A stretch of 64,000 nucleotides of DNA from Gammaproteobacteria bacterium. GTDB taxonomy: Bacteria; Pseudomonadota; Gammaproteobacteria; Eutrophobiales; Eutrophobiaceae. The stretch covers positions 5,238 through 69,237 of the forward strand of contig JANQJZ010000048.1 in assembly GCA_028281365.1 (NCBI GenBank), read 5' to 3'. The stretch's first letter is position 1; every line of letters begins with the position of its first letter. The position numbers and the translations under genes were made by a program. Below the pieces are notes generated by a model. It was not told the origin of the DNA. It ran no database searches and saw nothing but the letters and a program-made list of their open reading frames with translations. Positions 50,452 through 61,106 of the stretch are shown here, piece after piece.

Positions 50452-51561
50452 CTATAAAAGATCAGAAAACGGCTTATATAAAGTATTCATATCCAGCGAT
50501 TCTGCAACAGGCTTATAAATAATATATCCTTTATAGGTATTCAATCCTTTTGCAAACTCATTGTCATTCTCTAAGGCTGTTATTCCTTCATTAGCAAGCT
50601 TTATTACATAAGGTAATGTTGCATGGGTTAATGCAAATGTTGCTGTTCTGGGATAAGCCCCCGGCATATTACTAACGCAATAATGGATGACATCATGCTT
50701 AATAAATATTGGATCTGAATGTGATGTCGCACGGGAAGTCTCTACACAGCCACCCTGATCGATCGCAACATCAACAATAACAGAGCCTGCTTGCATTGTT
50801 TTTATCATTTCTTCTGTAACCAGATAGGGTGCTTTAGCACCGGGTAGCAGTACAGCACCAATCAATAAGTCTGTGTCAATAATATGTTCTGCAATATTAT
50901 CCGGTGTTGATTGTATAAACTGGATATTGTCTGAGTGAGATTTTTCCTGTTCTATAAATTTATTTTCATCAAGTCCCATAATAAAAACATTGGCGCCAAG
51001 ACCATCCGCAGTAATGGCTGCATGTTGTCCTACAATACCATTCCCAATAACCATTACCTTGCCATGGCGCTCTCCAAGTACCCGGCCTAATTGTATCCCC
51101 TTCCCCCGATTGAATTTTGTCAGATAATAAGCGCCCACTGTCGCTGCCATATTACCGGCTATAGCACTCATAGGCGCAAGTAACGGAAATCTCCCGTTAG
51201 TATCCTCAACTGTTTCGTAAGCTATGGCCGTTGTTCCCGCATTGATCAAAGCTCTGGTGAGAGTCTCGGGAACACCGGCAAGATGAAGATAGGTAAATAG
51301 AATATTGCCCTTAAAGTATGAAAATTCCTGTTCCAGGGGTTCTTTAATCTTGATAACTAAATCAGCAGCCCAGGCTTCCTGAGTTGATACAATATTAACA
51401 CCCAGGTTTTCATATTCCTGATTGCTAAATCCGGCGCCTGAACCGCCATTATTTTCCAACAATACGGTATGCCCGGATGAAATTAATGTTTTCGCACCTT
51501 CAGGTGTTAAAGCAACCCGATTTTCCTGATCCTTGATTTCCTTAACAACACCAATTTTCAT
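50452..51561 (-). CDS. ald: alanine dehydrogenase
   Basis: EIKDQENRVALTP, FTYLHLA, PLLAPMS, VDVAIDQGGC.ETS, NMPGAYP. Confidence 0.95.
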   Translation of the reverse strand: MKIGVVKEIKDQENRVALTPEGAKTLISSGHTVLLENNGGSGAGFSNQEYENLGVNIVSTQEAWAADLVIKIKEPLEQEFSYFKGNILFTYLHLAGVPETLTRALINAGTTAIAYETVEDTNGRFPLLAPMSAIAGNMAATVGAYYLTKFNRGKGIQLGRVLGERHGKVMVIGNGIVGQHAAITADGLGANVFIMGLDENKFIEQEKSHSDNIQFIQSTPDNIAEHIIDTDLLIGAVLLPGAKAPYLVTEEMIKTMQAGSVIVDVAIDQGGCVETSRATSHSDPIFIKHDVIHYCVSNMPGAYPRTATFALTHATLPYVIKLANEGITALENDNEFAKGLNTYKGYIIYKPVAESLDMNTLYKPFSDLL

Positions 51562-51644
51562 ATCTGTTTATCCCCTAAATTAAATAGTTCTTAAAACTAT
51601 TAGACAGATAATAATTACTATGTTCTTTTTCTAAATGACAAAAA

Positions 51645-54600
51645 TTATTGGTAAATCCATTCTCGCCAACCCTGTAACAATGGAAAATACAAACCTAATT
51701 TTATATCCTCTTCCCCAAACTGTTTCATAATACCACCGTATTTTTCCAGTTGGTCCTGATAACGCTGTTGTTGTTGATCAAGAAAGGCCTCGATGTCGGG
51801 ACCTTCATGTGGACTGGTTTTATAATCGATTATCCAGCGAATACCTTCTCCATCGATAAAAGTCCTGTCCAAAACTACATTAATGAGTTTATTTTTATAG
51901 AGCCCACTAACAGGGTATTCATTGCGTTGCTGTTTGTGCTTTCCGGAAAGAATCCATTGCCCACGTTTATCATCAAGCATATTGGTTAAAGCATTTACAA
52001 CATGATTGATTGCATCTGGTCGTTCCTCATCCAGAACACCCAATTGTTTTAATGAAAGATCAAACCAGTCCCGGGATGAAATTATCCTGTTATGGTCCCA
52101 TTTGTTAACGCCCTCTTCAGCGATAATCTGGATTAGGTTATGTACCACTAAACCAATATGTTTAATGGTTTCTCCTGCCCATTCAAATTCAATGTTATTT
52201 TGCTCCTGTTCCAACTCGCGGCTTATTGTATTCTGCCATTTAACAACAGAAGGCGCTTCAGGCAGGTCCCATTCGTCTGATAATCGCCTGGTTTCCTGAT
52301 TGATAACAATTTTCGAATCTATATATTCGCTACTTATATCGTCAGGTAAAGATTTCTCATATCTATCTTTTTCCACCGGCCATAAGTGGCTTAATAAAGA
52401 CCGCTTCTGTGGCGCACAATTTACTTGCCCTTTGTTTTCATATACCGATACATGACCAAGTATATGCAAGGAATGTTTGGCCCGTGTCGTAGCGACATAA
52501 AGCAAGCGGGCATCCTCAAATGATTGTTTGTGTTTATCATTATTATTTATGTAGTCATAAATTGCCGCCTGATGGCTACCTGCTTCCCGTATCGGAGCAA
52601 GTATTAATTCTTCCCGTTGTTTTCGCTGACGTAATAACCAGACTAATAATTCCCCCTGACTTGAACGTGGAGACCTGCCAACACCCGGTAAGATGACATG
52701 ATCAAACTCAAGGCCTTTGGCTTTATGAATTGTCATAACCTGAACCGGGTTATCATCTGTTTTATACGGAACTGCATATAATTGTTTTACCTGTTCATCG
52801 AGTTCCTGCATATCCTCAATTGTTCCTCCCTGGTCCAACTGTCCCAATAACCGGAAAAAAGATTCACAATTTTCTATTTCAGTCTCATTATTTAACGTTG
52901 CCGGACCACCTAATCGATACCAGAGTGATTCAATTGCAATACGAACAGGATAGCGTTGTCGATCATTTATTGTCTCCTTAAAAACCGAGATGAATTTTTC
53001 CAGTCGTATTCTTTGTTTTTCTTCAAGTTGTGTTATTAAATTGTCATTATTAATACAATCCCAGATAGTTTTATCCTGATGTTCATTACTAAATAGATAC
53101 AAGGAAGATATTGTCATGCCACACCAGGGAGCACGAAGACAGGACAACCAGGCAATTCTATCGGCCGGTTGTAAATATGCCCTGGTCAGTGATAGTAAAT
53201 CCTGTATCTCCGGTTGAGTGCCAAGGCCTTCAATGTCGATTGCCTCAAAGCTTATATCTGCTTTTCTTAATGCGGGTACTATTTCATTTAAGTGAGAACG
53301 ACTACGCACCAATATTGCGATACGTTGATCCGGATATTTACTTTTCAATTCCTTAATAAACTTTATAGTCTGGCTGGCCTCTTTTTGATCAGAACGACCA
53401 TAGAGTGGATAAACTACGACATTATTTGGAGTAGTTGCTTCATTATTTGCGATGGTTTCGTTAAAGGAAACAGCACCCGTTACAATATCATCATTTTCCG
53501 GCAGAATTTTTTGAAAACTATCGTTAATCCACCTGACTATAGATTCCTCGGATCGAAAATTAACTTTCAGGCGTAATGGCACAAGAGGAACATTGCCTAA
53601 ACATTGTTCATGAAATGTTTTTATAAACACCCCTACCTCAGCTTCACGGAAACGATAGATTGATTGCATTGGATCGCCCACCAGAAACAAACTGCGGTTA
53701 TCACCCAATGACCACTCACGTGTTAAACATTGCAACAAGCGATATTGATTCACAGAGATGTCCTGATACTCATCAACCAATATATGTTTAATCTGGTAAT
53801 CAAGTGTAGCCGCCAAATCTGTTGGATCATCATCAGTTCCCAGGGCCATGATTGCAGATCGGGCAATGCCAATAAAATCTATTTTATTTCGTTCTGCAAA
53901 GACAAGCTGTAATTGTAATGCTGCAAGTTTAAGTAGCTCGGACAAGGCCTGAACAATCTGCCATTCAGCATCAGTATAATTTGCTGGTGGACATTGACTG
54001 ATTTTTATCAAATCATCTTGTAAACCATCAACTTTTTGCAACTCGGTAATTAATCCAAGAATCTGTTTTTTACGACTGGCACGTTCCTCTTCCTCCAGTT
54101 TGTTTCCACCAGCAGGGGGGAAACCATTTTTAACAGTAAATTGTTTACGCCATGTGCCACTTTTAGTTAATAAAAGTTCACTAATGCCACGCCAATATTG
54201 AAGATCTGAAATAGTTGAGGTTGGTAAAGATTCCAGATCAATACAGCATGTAATCGGGTTGTCAGAATTATTTTGCAGCAGGTGTTTTGCAGCATAATTA
54301 ATTAATGCAACCAGATCATCAGAAAACTCAACAGGAAATCTTTTTTCAATAATAACGAGTTCTTCTTCAATAAGGTTTTTCAACGACTCCTCCATATCGT
54401 TGCGATTATGTTTTTGCATGACATAGGGCAGCCACTGATCACGCTTTGCCAACATATCCATGATCAACTTTCTTATGCGTGGAAGGTCATTATCAAGATG
54501 TAATACCAGGGCAGCAATCGAATCAGACCAGCCTTTACCACTTTCCAGTTCTGCCAATGTATTTATTGCTGCCTGTTTATATAGTGATTCGGGCTCTTCC

Positions 54601-55028
54601 ACTGTTTCCGGCAAACTACCCAATCTGGACATTAATGGCATTTGTCTGGTTAAAGAACTACACAATGAATCTATTGTTTGTATCTGTAACCTTTCGGGGT
54701 TCTCGGTTATTTGCCAGCCTAACTCCTCATCACGCTTTAATACTTTCTTTGCCAAATCATCAATAGTTTTATGGTATTCAGTTTCAGCCTCGCTGGATGC
54801 TATACCTTCCAAAGCAGCAAGTATTCGGCTCTGCATTTCTGCTGCAGCCTTGCGTGTGAATGTAATGGCGATTATCTCCTCTGGAGAATCGACTAACGAT
54901 AATAATTTTAAATAGCGTTGGATTAATAAGCCGGTTTTTCCGGATCCGGCCGGCGCCTGAACAATATAGGAATGTTCGGGACTGAGGGCCTGTTCGCGCT
55001 CACTGTGATCACTGACAAAATCAGGCAT
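51645..55028 (-). CDS. UvrD-like helicase with C-terminal PD-(D/E)XK nuclease (AddA-like)
   Basis: APAGSGKT, ITFTRKAA, VDEYQD, VGDPMQSIYRFR, TIHKAKGLEF, YVATTRAK, DR...IIDYKT; start 55028 overlaps the partner stop (ATGCCTGA). Confidence 0.9.
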   Translation of the reverse strand: MPDFVSDHSEREQALSPEHSYIVQAPAGSGKTGLLIQRYLKLLSLVDSPEEIIAITFTRKAAAEMQSRILAALEGIASSEAETEYHKTIDDLAKKVLKRDEELGWQITENPERLQIQTIDSLCSSLTRQMPLMSRLGSLPETVEEPESLYKQAAINTLAELESGKGWSDSIAALVLHLDNDLPRIRKLIMDMLAKRDQWLPYVMQKHNRNDMEESLKNLIEEELVIIEKRFPVEFSDDLVALINYAAKHLLQNNSDNPITCCIDLESLPTSTISDLQYWRGISELLLTKSGTWRKQFTVKNGFPPAGGNKLEEEERASRKKQILGLITELQKVDGLQDDLIKISQCPPANYTDAEWQIVQALSELLKLAALQLQLVFAERNKIDFIGIARSAIMALGTDDDPTDLAATLDYQIKHILVDEYQDISVNQYRLLQCLTREWSLGDNRSLFLVGDPMQSIYRFREAEVGVFIKTFHEQCLGNVPLVPLRLKVNFRSEESIVRWINDSFQKILPENDDIVTGAVSFNETIANNEATTPNNVVVYPLYGRSDQKEASQTIKFIKELKSKYPDQRIAILVRSRSHLNEIVPALRKADISFEAIDIEGLGTQPEIQDLLSLTRAYLQPADRIAWLSCLRAPWCGMTISSLYLFSNEHQDKTIWDCINNDNLITQLEEKQRIRLEKFISVFKETINDRQRYPVRIAIESLWYRLGGPATLNNETEIENCESFFRLLGQLDQGGTIEDMQELDEQVKQLYAVPYKTDDNPVQVMTIHKAKGLEFDHVILPGVGRSPRSSQGELLVWLLRQRKQREELILAPIREAGSHQAAIYDYINNNDKHKQSFEDARLLYVATTRAKHSLHILGHVSVYENKGQVNCAPQKRSLLSHLWPVEKDRYEKSLPDDISSEYIDSKIVINQETRRLSDEWDLPEAPSVVKWQNTISRELEQEQNNIEFEWAGETIKHIGLVVHNLIQIIAEEGVNKWDHNRIISSRDWFDLSLKQLGVLDEERPDAINHVVNALTNMLDDKRGQWILSGKHKQQRNEYPVSGLYKNKLINVVLDRTFIDGEGIRWIIDYKTSPHEGPDIEAFLDQQQQRYQDQLEKYGGIMKQFGEEDIKLGLYFPLLQGWREWIYQ

Positions 55029-57684
55029 CCTGTGGATCCTCTCGATTAATGTCATCCGGATTTTCAATTCGATCATAAACCCGACACAAAGAATGCAGAT
55101 CACAATAACGGCAAGCCGTTACGGTGGGGTCAACATTAATATCTCCTTTACAAAAATTTTCAGCCAGTTTTGTTAATATATTTCGCCATATTTTAATTTG
55201 TTCATTCCACTTAATACTGTTATTTGTTTTAATCGCTGGCAGAAGATTTTCTTCTTCTGAATATCCAACATAACCTAATTTACCTCTTTTTAAACTTGCA
55301 AATGCCAATGCAACAATTTTCTGTTCACTTGTTACTGCATATAAAGGTAATTGTGGGTCTTTCGGGTTTTCACTATCCCAATCACGTACACTTATTTGTC
55401 CCGTTTTATAATCAATGATGACAAAACGACCATCATCTAATTCATCAATTCGATCAACACGAAGTTGTAAGTTAATACCTGAAAACTTTATTTCCTTTTT
55501 TTTCTCTGTTGCAACAACTTTAAATTGATCTCTTTGCCGTTCTATGGATAACCAGTCCGATAATAATCTTTGCAAACGTTTTTTTTCCAATTCAGTAAAT
55601 CTGTCGGTGAATGTTTCCGGTTGATACAGAGCCTGCTGTTTTATCGCGTCATCAATAACAGAAACAATTAAAGATTGAATTTCAGCATCTGATTTATAAT
55701 GCAAATTTTCAGAATCTTTTAATCTTTGCCATAAATATTGTAATGATCGATGTGCAAGGTTTCCTCTCTCCATCGCATTTAAACCTATATCTATGTTTTG
55801 TAATGACTGTGCATGAAGGCGGTGACGGGCAAATGCCTTGAAAGAACATGCTGCCTGGTCCTTGAATAACAAGCTGCCTCCCTTAACCTCTTTAGCAACA
55901 GAAGCTGCAGGATTTTCAAGATCAATGAATTTTTCAATCCTGGCTGAAGAAAAAATAGTACTTATAAACTTTGGATATATATCCAGGTAATTATTTTTGT
56001 CCCTGTCAATAGATTTAATGAGTGGGCTTGGACGACACTCTTTATCACTTTCCTGTCTTGTATAGCTGAATACAACATGTTTCGATGATTCAATTAATTG
56101 CTGTGTCATTTTCCTTGCTTTTTCATATTGTAATTCAGCACTGGAACCGGGAACGTTATAATCTTTAAGACAAGACCGGGGTATAAACGGATTTGTAATT
56201 TTTTTCTCCGGCCATGCATCATCTTGCATACCTAAAACCCATAAACAATCAAACTGCATACCTGCTGCACCGGTCAAGCCTAATATCTGGACCGGAGTTT
56301 CTTCTGTCTCGGGTTGAAACCTTGAATCAGATAATATTCGGTTCAATTGATATATTGCGGTCTGAAAATTAACCGGACCACTGACGACACTACTCAGGCT
56401 ACCTAATTGTGACAATGCAGCCTGCCAGGCATTTACCGTTTGGTGTTCATCACTGGTAAGGCTTCGTTCACCCGGCCAACCAAATAATTTCAGCCATTCA
56501 GAAAAAATAACAATCCACTCATTTAAAGTATGTTGTTTGGCATGGCTTAGAACGGAAAGCTCAAATGATTTCAATAACTCAATAAACTCATCACAACGTG
56601 CAAATTCATGACAACGTTCAGAATGGATCCAATACAGTGCTTTAAAACCGATTTTCTGTTCGCCAAATTGGCGTAAAAGATAATAAAATTGTGCCCGCTT
56701 TGAATACTCTTCATTTGACCCTTTGATAAAAGGCGAATGCAATAACTTGTCAAATGTATTTATATCAACAGAACGTGTACCCAGCATTAGCAAATTTATT
56801 GCTGTTTGAACGAGTGGATAAGCTGATAATGGCTGGCCAATAGAAATGGAATATAAATTTTGATTTGTATACGTTGATATGTTGCCTGTATCTGGCATAA
56901 AGACAGACCGAAAACCATGATCTATATCTTCACGAATTGAGTTTAAATTGAGAGATACGATTCCTATACTGGCCGATGGATTTTGTTCAAGCTGTTTTCT
57001 GGCCCACGCTGCAGCTGCATATAATTCCTTTTTCTGTTCAATATACTCGTTTTTAACAGCCTTTATATTATGATCATCAAATTCATACACGATTACTTTT
57101 ACAGCTGACTCTTTCAGCGATTGAATTAAATTTATCTGCTGTGTGGTTAGATAATCAAACCCATAGAAAACAATCTTTGAATTTTTTAATTTATCAGCTT
57201 CTATTTCATTAACTAAAATATCAGGCAAACTCGCTTCATCAGTTAAACCCTCTTTTTGTTTACGTTCTTCATAACTATTTACCCAGTTTTTAAATGCCAT
57301 TGCATCTTCACCAGGATAAACCCCCTTTGGAAAAATAGGGATGCACCATTCTTTACAAACCTGGTAGCTATGTGCTACCTGCCTGGCAGTTGCCGTAATA
57401 TGTAATAGCTTGTCTTTATCGGGAGAACTTTTAATGATTTCCTGCAATATCCATAGTTGCTGGGCCGGGTTTAATAAGATTTGTATACTGTCAAGGTCAG
57501 ATAAAGACTTATAATTTCGTTTACACCATCCAGACCAGGGTAAAATATCCGGTGTTTCCCAGGCCCTTTTGTCATTGGCAATATTTTTCTTTGCAAATTG
57601 ATAACGGAGATGACGAGCGAGACGTTGTGTTGGTGTAATCAGGCTAGCACCTTCAGATAGCCATTGAAAAACCCTGTCATCCAA
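55021..57684 (-). CDS. AddB-like inactive helicase / PD-(D/E)XK nuclease
   Basis: CSFKAF, RG...H, LRVDRID...IIDYKTG, QLPLY, C-terminal CRYCDLHSLC; TTG start. Confidence 0.88.
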   Translation of the reverse strand: MDDRVFQWLSEGASLITPTQRLARHLRYQFAKKNIANDKRAWETPDILPWSGWCKRNYKSLSDLDSIQILLNPAQQLWILQEIIKSSPDKDKLLHITATARQVAHSYQVCKEWCIPIFPKGVYPGEDAMAFKNWVNSYEERKQKEGLTDEASLPDILVNEIEADKLKNSKIVFYGFDYLTTQQINLIQSLKESAVKVIVYEFDDHNIKAVKNEYIEQKKELYAAAAWARKQLEQNPSASIGIVSLNLNSIREDIDHGFRSVFMPDTGNISTYTNQNLYSISIGQPLSAYPLVQTAINLLMLGTRSVDINTFDKLLHSPFIKGSNEEYSKRAQFYYLLRQFGEQKIGFKALYWIHSERCHEFARCDEFIELLKSFELSVLSHAKQHTLNEWIVIFSEWLKLFGWPGERSLTSDEHQTVNAWQAALSQLGSLSSVVSGPVNFQTAIYQLNRILSDSRFQPETEETPVQILGLTGAAGMQFDCLWVLGMQDDAWPEKKITNPFIPRSCLKDYNVPGSSAELQYEKARKMTQQLIESSKHVVFSYTRQESDKECRPSPLIKSIDRDKNNYLDIYPKFISTIFSSARIEKFIDLENPAASVAKEVKGGSLLFKDQAACSFKAFARHRLHAQSLQNIDIGLNAMERGNLAHRSLQYLWQRLKDSENLHYKSDAEIQSLIVSVIDDAIKQQALYQPETFTDRFTELEKKRLQRLLSDWLSIERQRDQFKVVATEKKKEIKFSGINLQLRVDRIDELDDGRFVIIDYKTGQISVRDWDSENPKDPQLPLYAVTSEQKIVALAFASLKRGKLGYVGYSEEENLLPAIKTNNSIKWNEQIKIWRNILTKLAENFCKGDINVDPTVTACRYCDLHSLCRVYDRIENPDDINREDPQDA

Positions 57685-57820
57685 AATTACGCCACCTTAT
57701 TATTATGAATTATCGAACTTCTCTGTAATTAACAAGTCACACTGGCATTATATACTGTCGATGTTAACCTTGTGAGCTACGTAGAAGAATAAATTTCTCA
57801 ACAAGGAATCAAGAATAATA

Positions 57821-58816
57821 ATGCAAGTCAGTTATCAAGAAAGACAAGCTGGTGAGATTGCCTGTACAACAGTCATGCCGACACGTCCGGTCCCGGGCAT
57901 GGTTGAGGATATAAGGGAATCCTTGCTGAAACAGCCCAGAAGCATTTCTCCCAAATACTTCTATGATGAGCGCGGCTCTGAGCTTTTTGATCAAATATGT
58001 TCAACGCCGGAATATTATCCGACGCGCACAGAAAACAATATATTAGACAGATACGCCAAAAAGATAATAGACAAAACCCGTCCGGACCAGATCCTCGAAC
58101 TTGGAAGCGGCTATTCTACAAAAACCCGACACCTGTTTGATGCCTGTGAGTTCGTCAATCACAATTGTGGTTATGCGCCGTTTGATGTCTGTGAAGAAGT
58201 ACTTATTGATTCAGCTGTAAAACTTACTGAAGAATATCAATGGCTGGAACTAAATCCGTTACTGGGTGATTATCACGCCGGTCTCGGCAACCTGCCATTA
58301 ATTCATGCCAATCGATTATTTGTTTTTCTCGGTAGTACGATCGGTAATTTTGAAGAAAATAATGCTCTTAAATTTATTGCTGAATTAAGCAATATCATGA
58401 AACCAGGTGATTACCTGTTACTAGGTGCAGATCGGGTTAAAGAGAACAAGGTATTGCATGCCGCTTACAATGATGCAGAAGGTATTACTGCCGAATTTAA
58501 CCTCAATGTCTTACGCGTAATTAACCGGGAACTGGATGCAAATTTCAACCTTGATGAATTTACGCACTCAGCTTCATTTAATACAACAAAGAACAGAATT
58601 GAAATGCGACTAATTTCAAATATGAACCAGGATGTTGAAATAAATGAAATGAATGAATCGATTCATTTTGAACAAGGTGACGATATCCTGACTGAAATCA
58701 GTCAAAAATATACATATGAAGGTATTGAAGGCATGCTTGCAGCAGCCAATTTAACCACTATTGATCATTTTGAAGATGATAAGGCGTATTTCTCATTAAT
58801 ACTTGCTGGCAAGTAA
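57821..58816 (+). CDS. egtD: L-histidine N-alpha-methyltransferase
   Basis: PKYFYDERGSELF..I...PEYYPTRTE, ELGSG, FLGSTIGNF, AYND..GITAEFNLN, TEISQKY. Confidence 0.88.
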   Translation: MQVSYQERQAGEIACTTVMPTRPVPGMVEDIRESLLKQPRSISPKYFYDERGSELFDQICSTPEYYPTRTENNILDRYAKKIIDKTRPDQILELGSGYSTKTRHLFDACEFVNHNCGYAPFDVCEEVLIDSAVKLTEEYQWLELNPLLGDYHAGLGNLPLIHANRLFVFLGSTIGNFEENNALKFIAELSNIMKPGDYLLLGADRVKENKVLHAAYNDAEGITAEFNLNVLRVINRELDANFNLDEFTHSASFNTTKNRIEMRLISNMNQDVEINEMNESIHFEQGDDILTEISQKYTYEGIEGMLAAANLTTIDHFEDDKAYFSLILAGK

Positions 58817-58826
58817 GCTGGTAAAA

Positions 58827-59540
58827 TCATTCCTCAGCAATCCATTTATCTGAAATCTGCTCTGCCAAGGCAGGATTATCAATATAAGGATTACGGTTAC
58901 CCTGAAGTTCTTCAATCAAATTATTTCTCAACATTTCCTGTTTACTTGGCGGGTCATCTCTATTCCAGCCCTTTAGGGACTGCAACATTTTATTATCTAT
59001 GGGAACGCCATATTGGCTATGCATATAAAAAATTGCGCGGGCAATATTACCCCTGGCAATTGGACGGGGCTCGGTTACACCTGAACGACGTTCAAAGTCA
59101 CAATTTTCATAACGCCAATCCTCTCCTTCAACCATGCCATAAATCGTATCCCTGCGGATAACATCTACCTCCTGCCATACAGGATAAAGATTATGCATAT
59201 CTGCCTCCATTTTTGTGTATCGCGATTTATCACTTAAGCGGCATTGTCGTCGACTGTTGCATTTCATATGTTTTAACATCCAACTCACAGGATAAATATG
59301 CTCAATAACAAAATAACGGCCATCACTTTGATCATCCGTACGACCAAACTGGTAACCACAATATAGTGACCAACCGCCATTAGCATAGAGTTCGTTCCAA
59401 AACGTATTTACTGCAATTTCATCGAAGGTTTCTACTGGTAATGAGACAGCCTGACTGGTATTGAGTACGCCAAATAAAAGGAATAATGAAGTTATCTGCA
59501 TTAAGCGGAATAATTTATCAGTTTTGATTAGTCTAATCAT
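58827..59540 (-). CDS. endonuclease I family secreted nuclease
   Basis: Signal-like N-terminus; LYCG, IEHIYP, EADMHNLYP, EPR..ARGNIARA..YM, E..RN..I...QGNRNPY. Confidence 0.9.
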   Translation of the reverse strand: MIRLIKTDKLFRLMQITSLFLLFGVLNTSQAVSLPVETFDEIAVNTFWNELYANGGWSLYCGYQFGRTDDQSDGRYFVIEHIYPVSWMLKHMKCNSRRQCRLSDKSRYTKMEADMHNLYPVWQEVDVIRRDTIYGMVEGEDWRYENCDFERRSGVTEPRPIARGNIARAIFYMHSQYGVPIDNKMLQSLKGWNRDDPPSKQEMLRNNLIEELQGNRNPYIDNPALAEQISDKWIAEE

Positions 59541-59653
59541 ATACCAGACAGAATAATAAAGTGAATACGGTCTTTATTGTACATATATGGCAGAATGAAT
59601 CTCGACATACTGAATTTTATAAAAATTTACTATTTCAAATATAATAATTAAAA

Positions 59654-61087
59654 ATGATTCAAGTCAAAAAAAATACACGTCGTCTGGTCATACTGCATAC
59701 CATTATCATGGTAATACTTGCACAAACGGCCTGCACAGACGATCAATCTCAAATCGAACGTATTCGAAACCGTGGTAATTTACGTGTAGCAATGATTGCC
59801 ACTCCCCCTCTTTACTTCCCCGATGAATCACTGATTAAGGGTTATGGCTATGAAATGGCTGAATCATATGCAACATCCCTTGGTGTTGATCTGGAGGTCA
59901 CCAGAGCCAATACCGTGCAGGAAATTATTACACAGTTAAAACAGGGAAAGGCACATATTGGTATTGCAGGTAATGCACCGGGACATACTGATGATAATAT
60001 AGAAACTGAGACCACTTACAATAACAACGAATGGTACGTAATAGGTAACCGGGAAAATAAACTCCCAAAATCAATTGAAGATATTATCCCCAGCACCATA
60101 ATTGTCGCTAAGGGGAGTCGACCGGCGTTAGTCCTGAAAAAACTAAAAACAGCATATCCATCTCTATTCTGGCTGGAATTACCTGGTGGAAATACGCGGC
60201 AGGTATTGGAACAGGTCAATCTAAACAACTTTAAATTAAGTGTCATTGATGCTGATGTCTTTACCTATTACCGTTACCTTTACCCTGAACTAAAAATTGC
60301 CATCTCATTATCTAATCAATATCCATCACACTGGATGACACACAAAAATAAAGACACAAGTATTTCCGAGTCTATAAAAAAGTTTATCGAACAATACAAA
60401 AATAGTGGCAAGCTGGATAAAAAATATAATACCTATTTTCGTCATATGAATGTCTTTAATTATATAGATAGTCTTCATTATTTAAGACGAATCGATATTA
60501 CTTTACCCAAATATATGCCTCTTTTTAAAGCCGCAGCAATTGACAACGAATTTGATGAACGTTTTCTGGCCGCGATTAGCTATCAGGAATCACATTGGAA
60601 TGAAAAAGCCCGCTCATACACCGGTGTAAGGGGGCTGATGATGTTAACACTGGAAACAGCGAAACGTGTTGGCATTAAGGACCGTCTTGACCCGGAAGAA
60701 AGTATCATGGGCGGTGCCAAATACCTTAACATTCTTAAATCATCACTAGCGGAACATATTATGGAGCCGGATCGATCCTGGATGACATTAGCTGCATATA
60801 ATGTAGGTTTGGGACACCTGGAAGATGCGCGAGTATTGACTGAGAAGCTTGGTGATAATCCTGACCTATGGATTGATGTAGAAAAGCACTTGCCCAAATT
60901 AAGTCAAAAAGAATGGTACAGTAAAACCAGACATGGATATGCCCGCGGACATGAACCGGTAGAGTTTGTCAGACGAATAAGGCGTTATTATGATATTTTG
61001 CGTCTGTATCAACAGGAAGAGTTACTCGAAAAACTTGATAAACCACTGGAGCTGGATAACCTCCAGCTAATATCACCCGCTCTTTAA
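59654..61087 (+). CDS. mltF: membrane-bound lytic murein transglycosylase F
   Basis: N-terminal solute-binding-like domain plus SLT motifs YQESHW, GVRGLMMLT, AAYNVG.GH, GYARG.EP. Confidence 0.92.
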   Translation: MIQVKKNTRRLVILHTIIMVILAQTACTDDQSQIERIRNRGNLRVAMIATPPLYFPDESLIKGYGYEMAESYATSLGVDLEVTRANTVQEIITQLKQGKAHIGIAGNAPGHTDDNIETETTYNNNEWYVIGNRENKLPKSIEDIIPSTIIVAKGSRPALVLKKLKTAYPSLFWLELPGGNTRQVLEQVNLNNFKLSVIDADVFTYYRYLYPELKIAISLSNQYPSHWMTHKNKDTSISESIKKFIEQYKNSGKLDKKYNTYFRHMNVFNYIDSLHYLRRIDITLPKYMPLFKAAAIDNEFDERFLAAISYQESHWNEKARSYTGVRGLMMLTLETAKRVGIKDRLDPEESIMGGAKYLNILKSSLAEHIMEPDRSWMTLAAYNVGLGHLEDARVLTEKLGDNPDLWIDVEKHLPKLSQKEWYSKTRHGYARGHEPVEFVRRIRRYYDILRLYQQEELLEKLDKPLELDNLQLISPAL

Positions 61088-61106
61088 AATCAAACCAGGT
61101 TCCTTT

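Noticed and set aside
55029-55103. ORF-track N-terminal extensions (addA-like to 55103, gltA to 1890, fur to 33080, 43074 start)
   Set aside because: Downstream starts have clear RBSs or stop-start overlaps and match family N-termini better.
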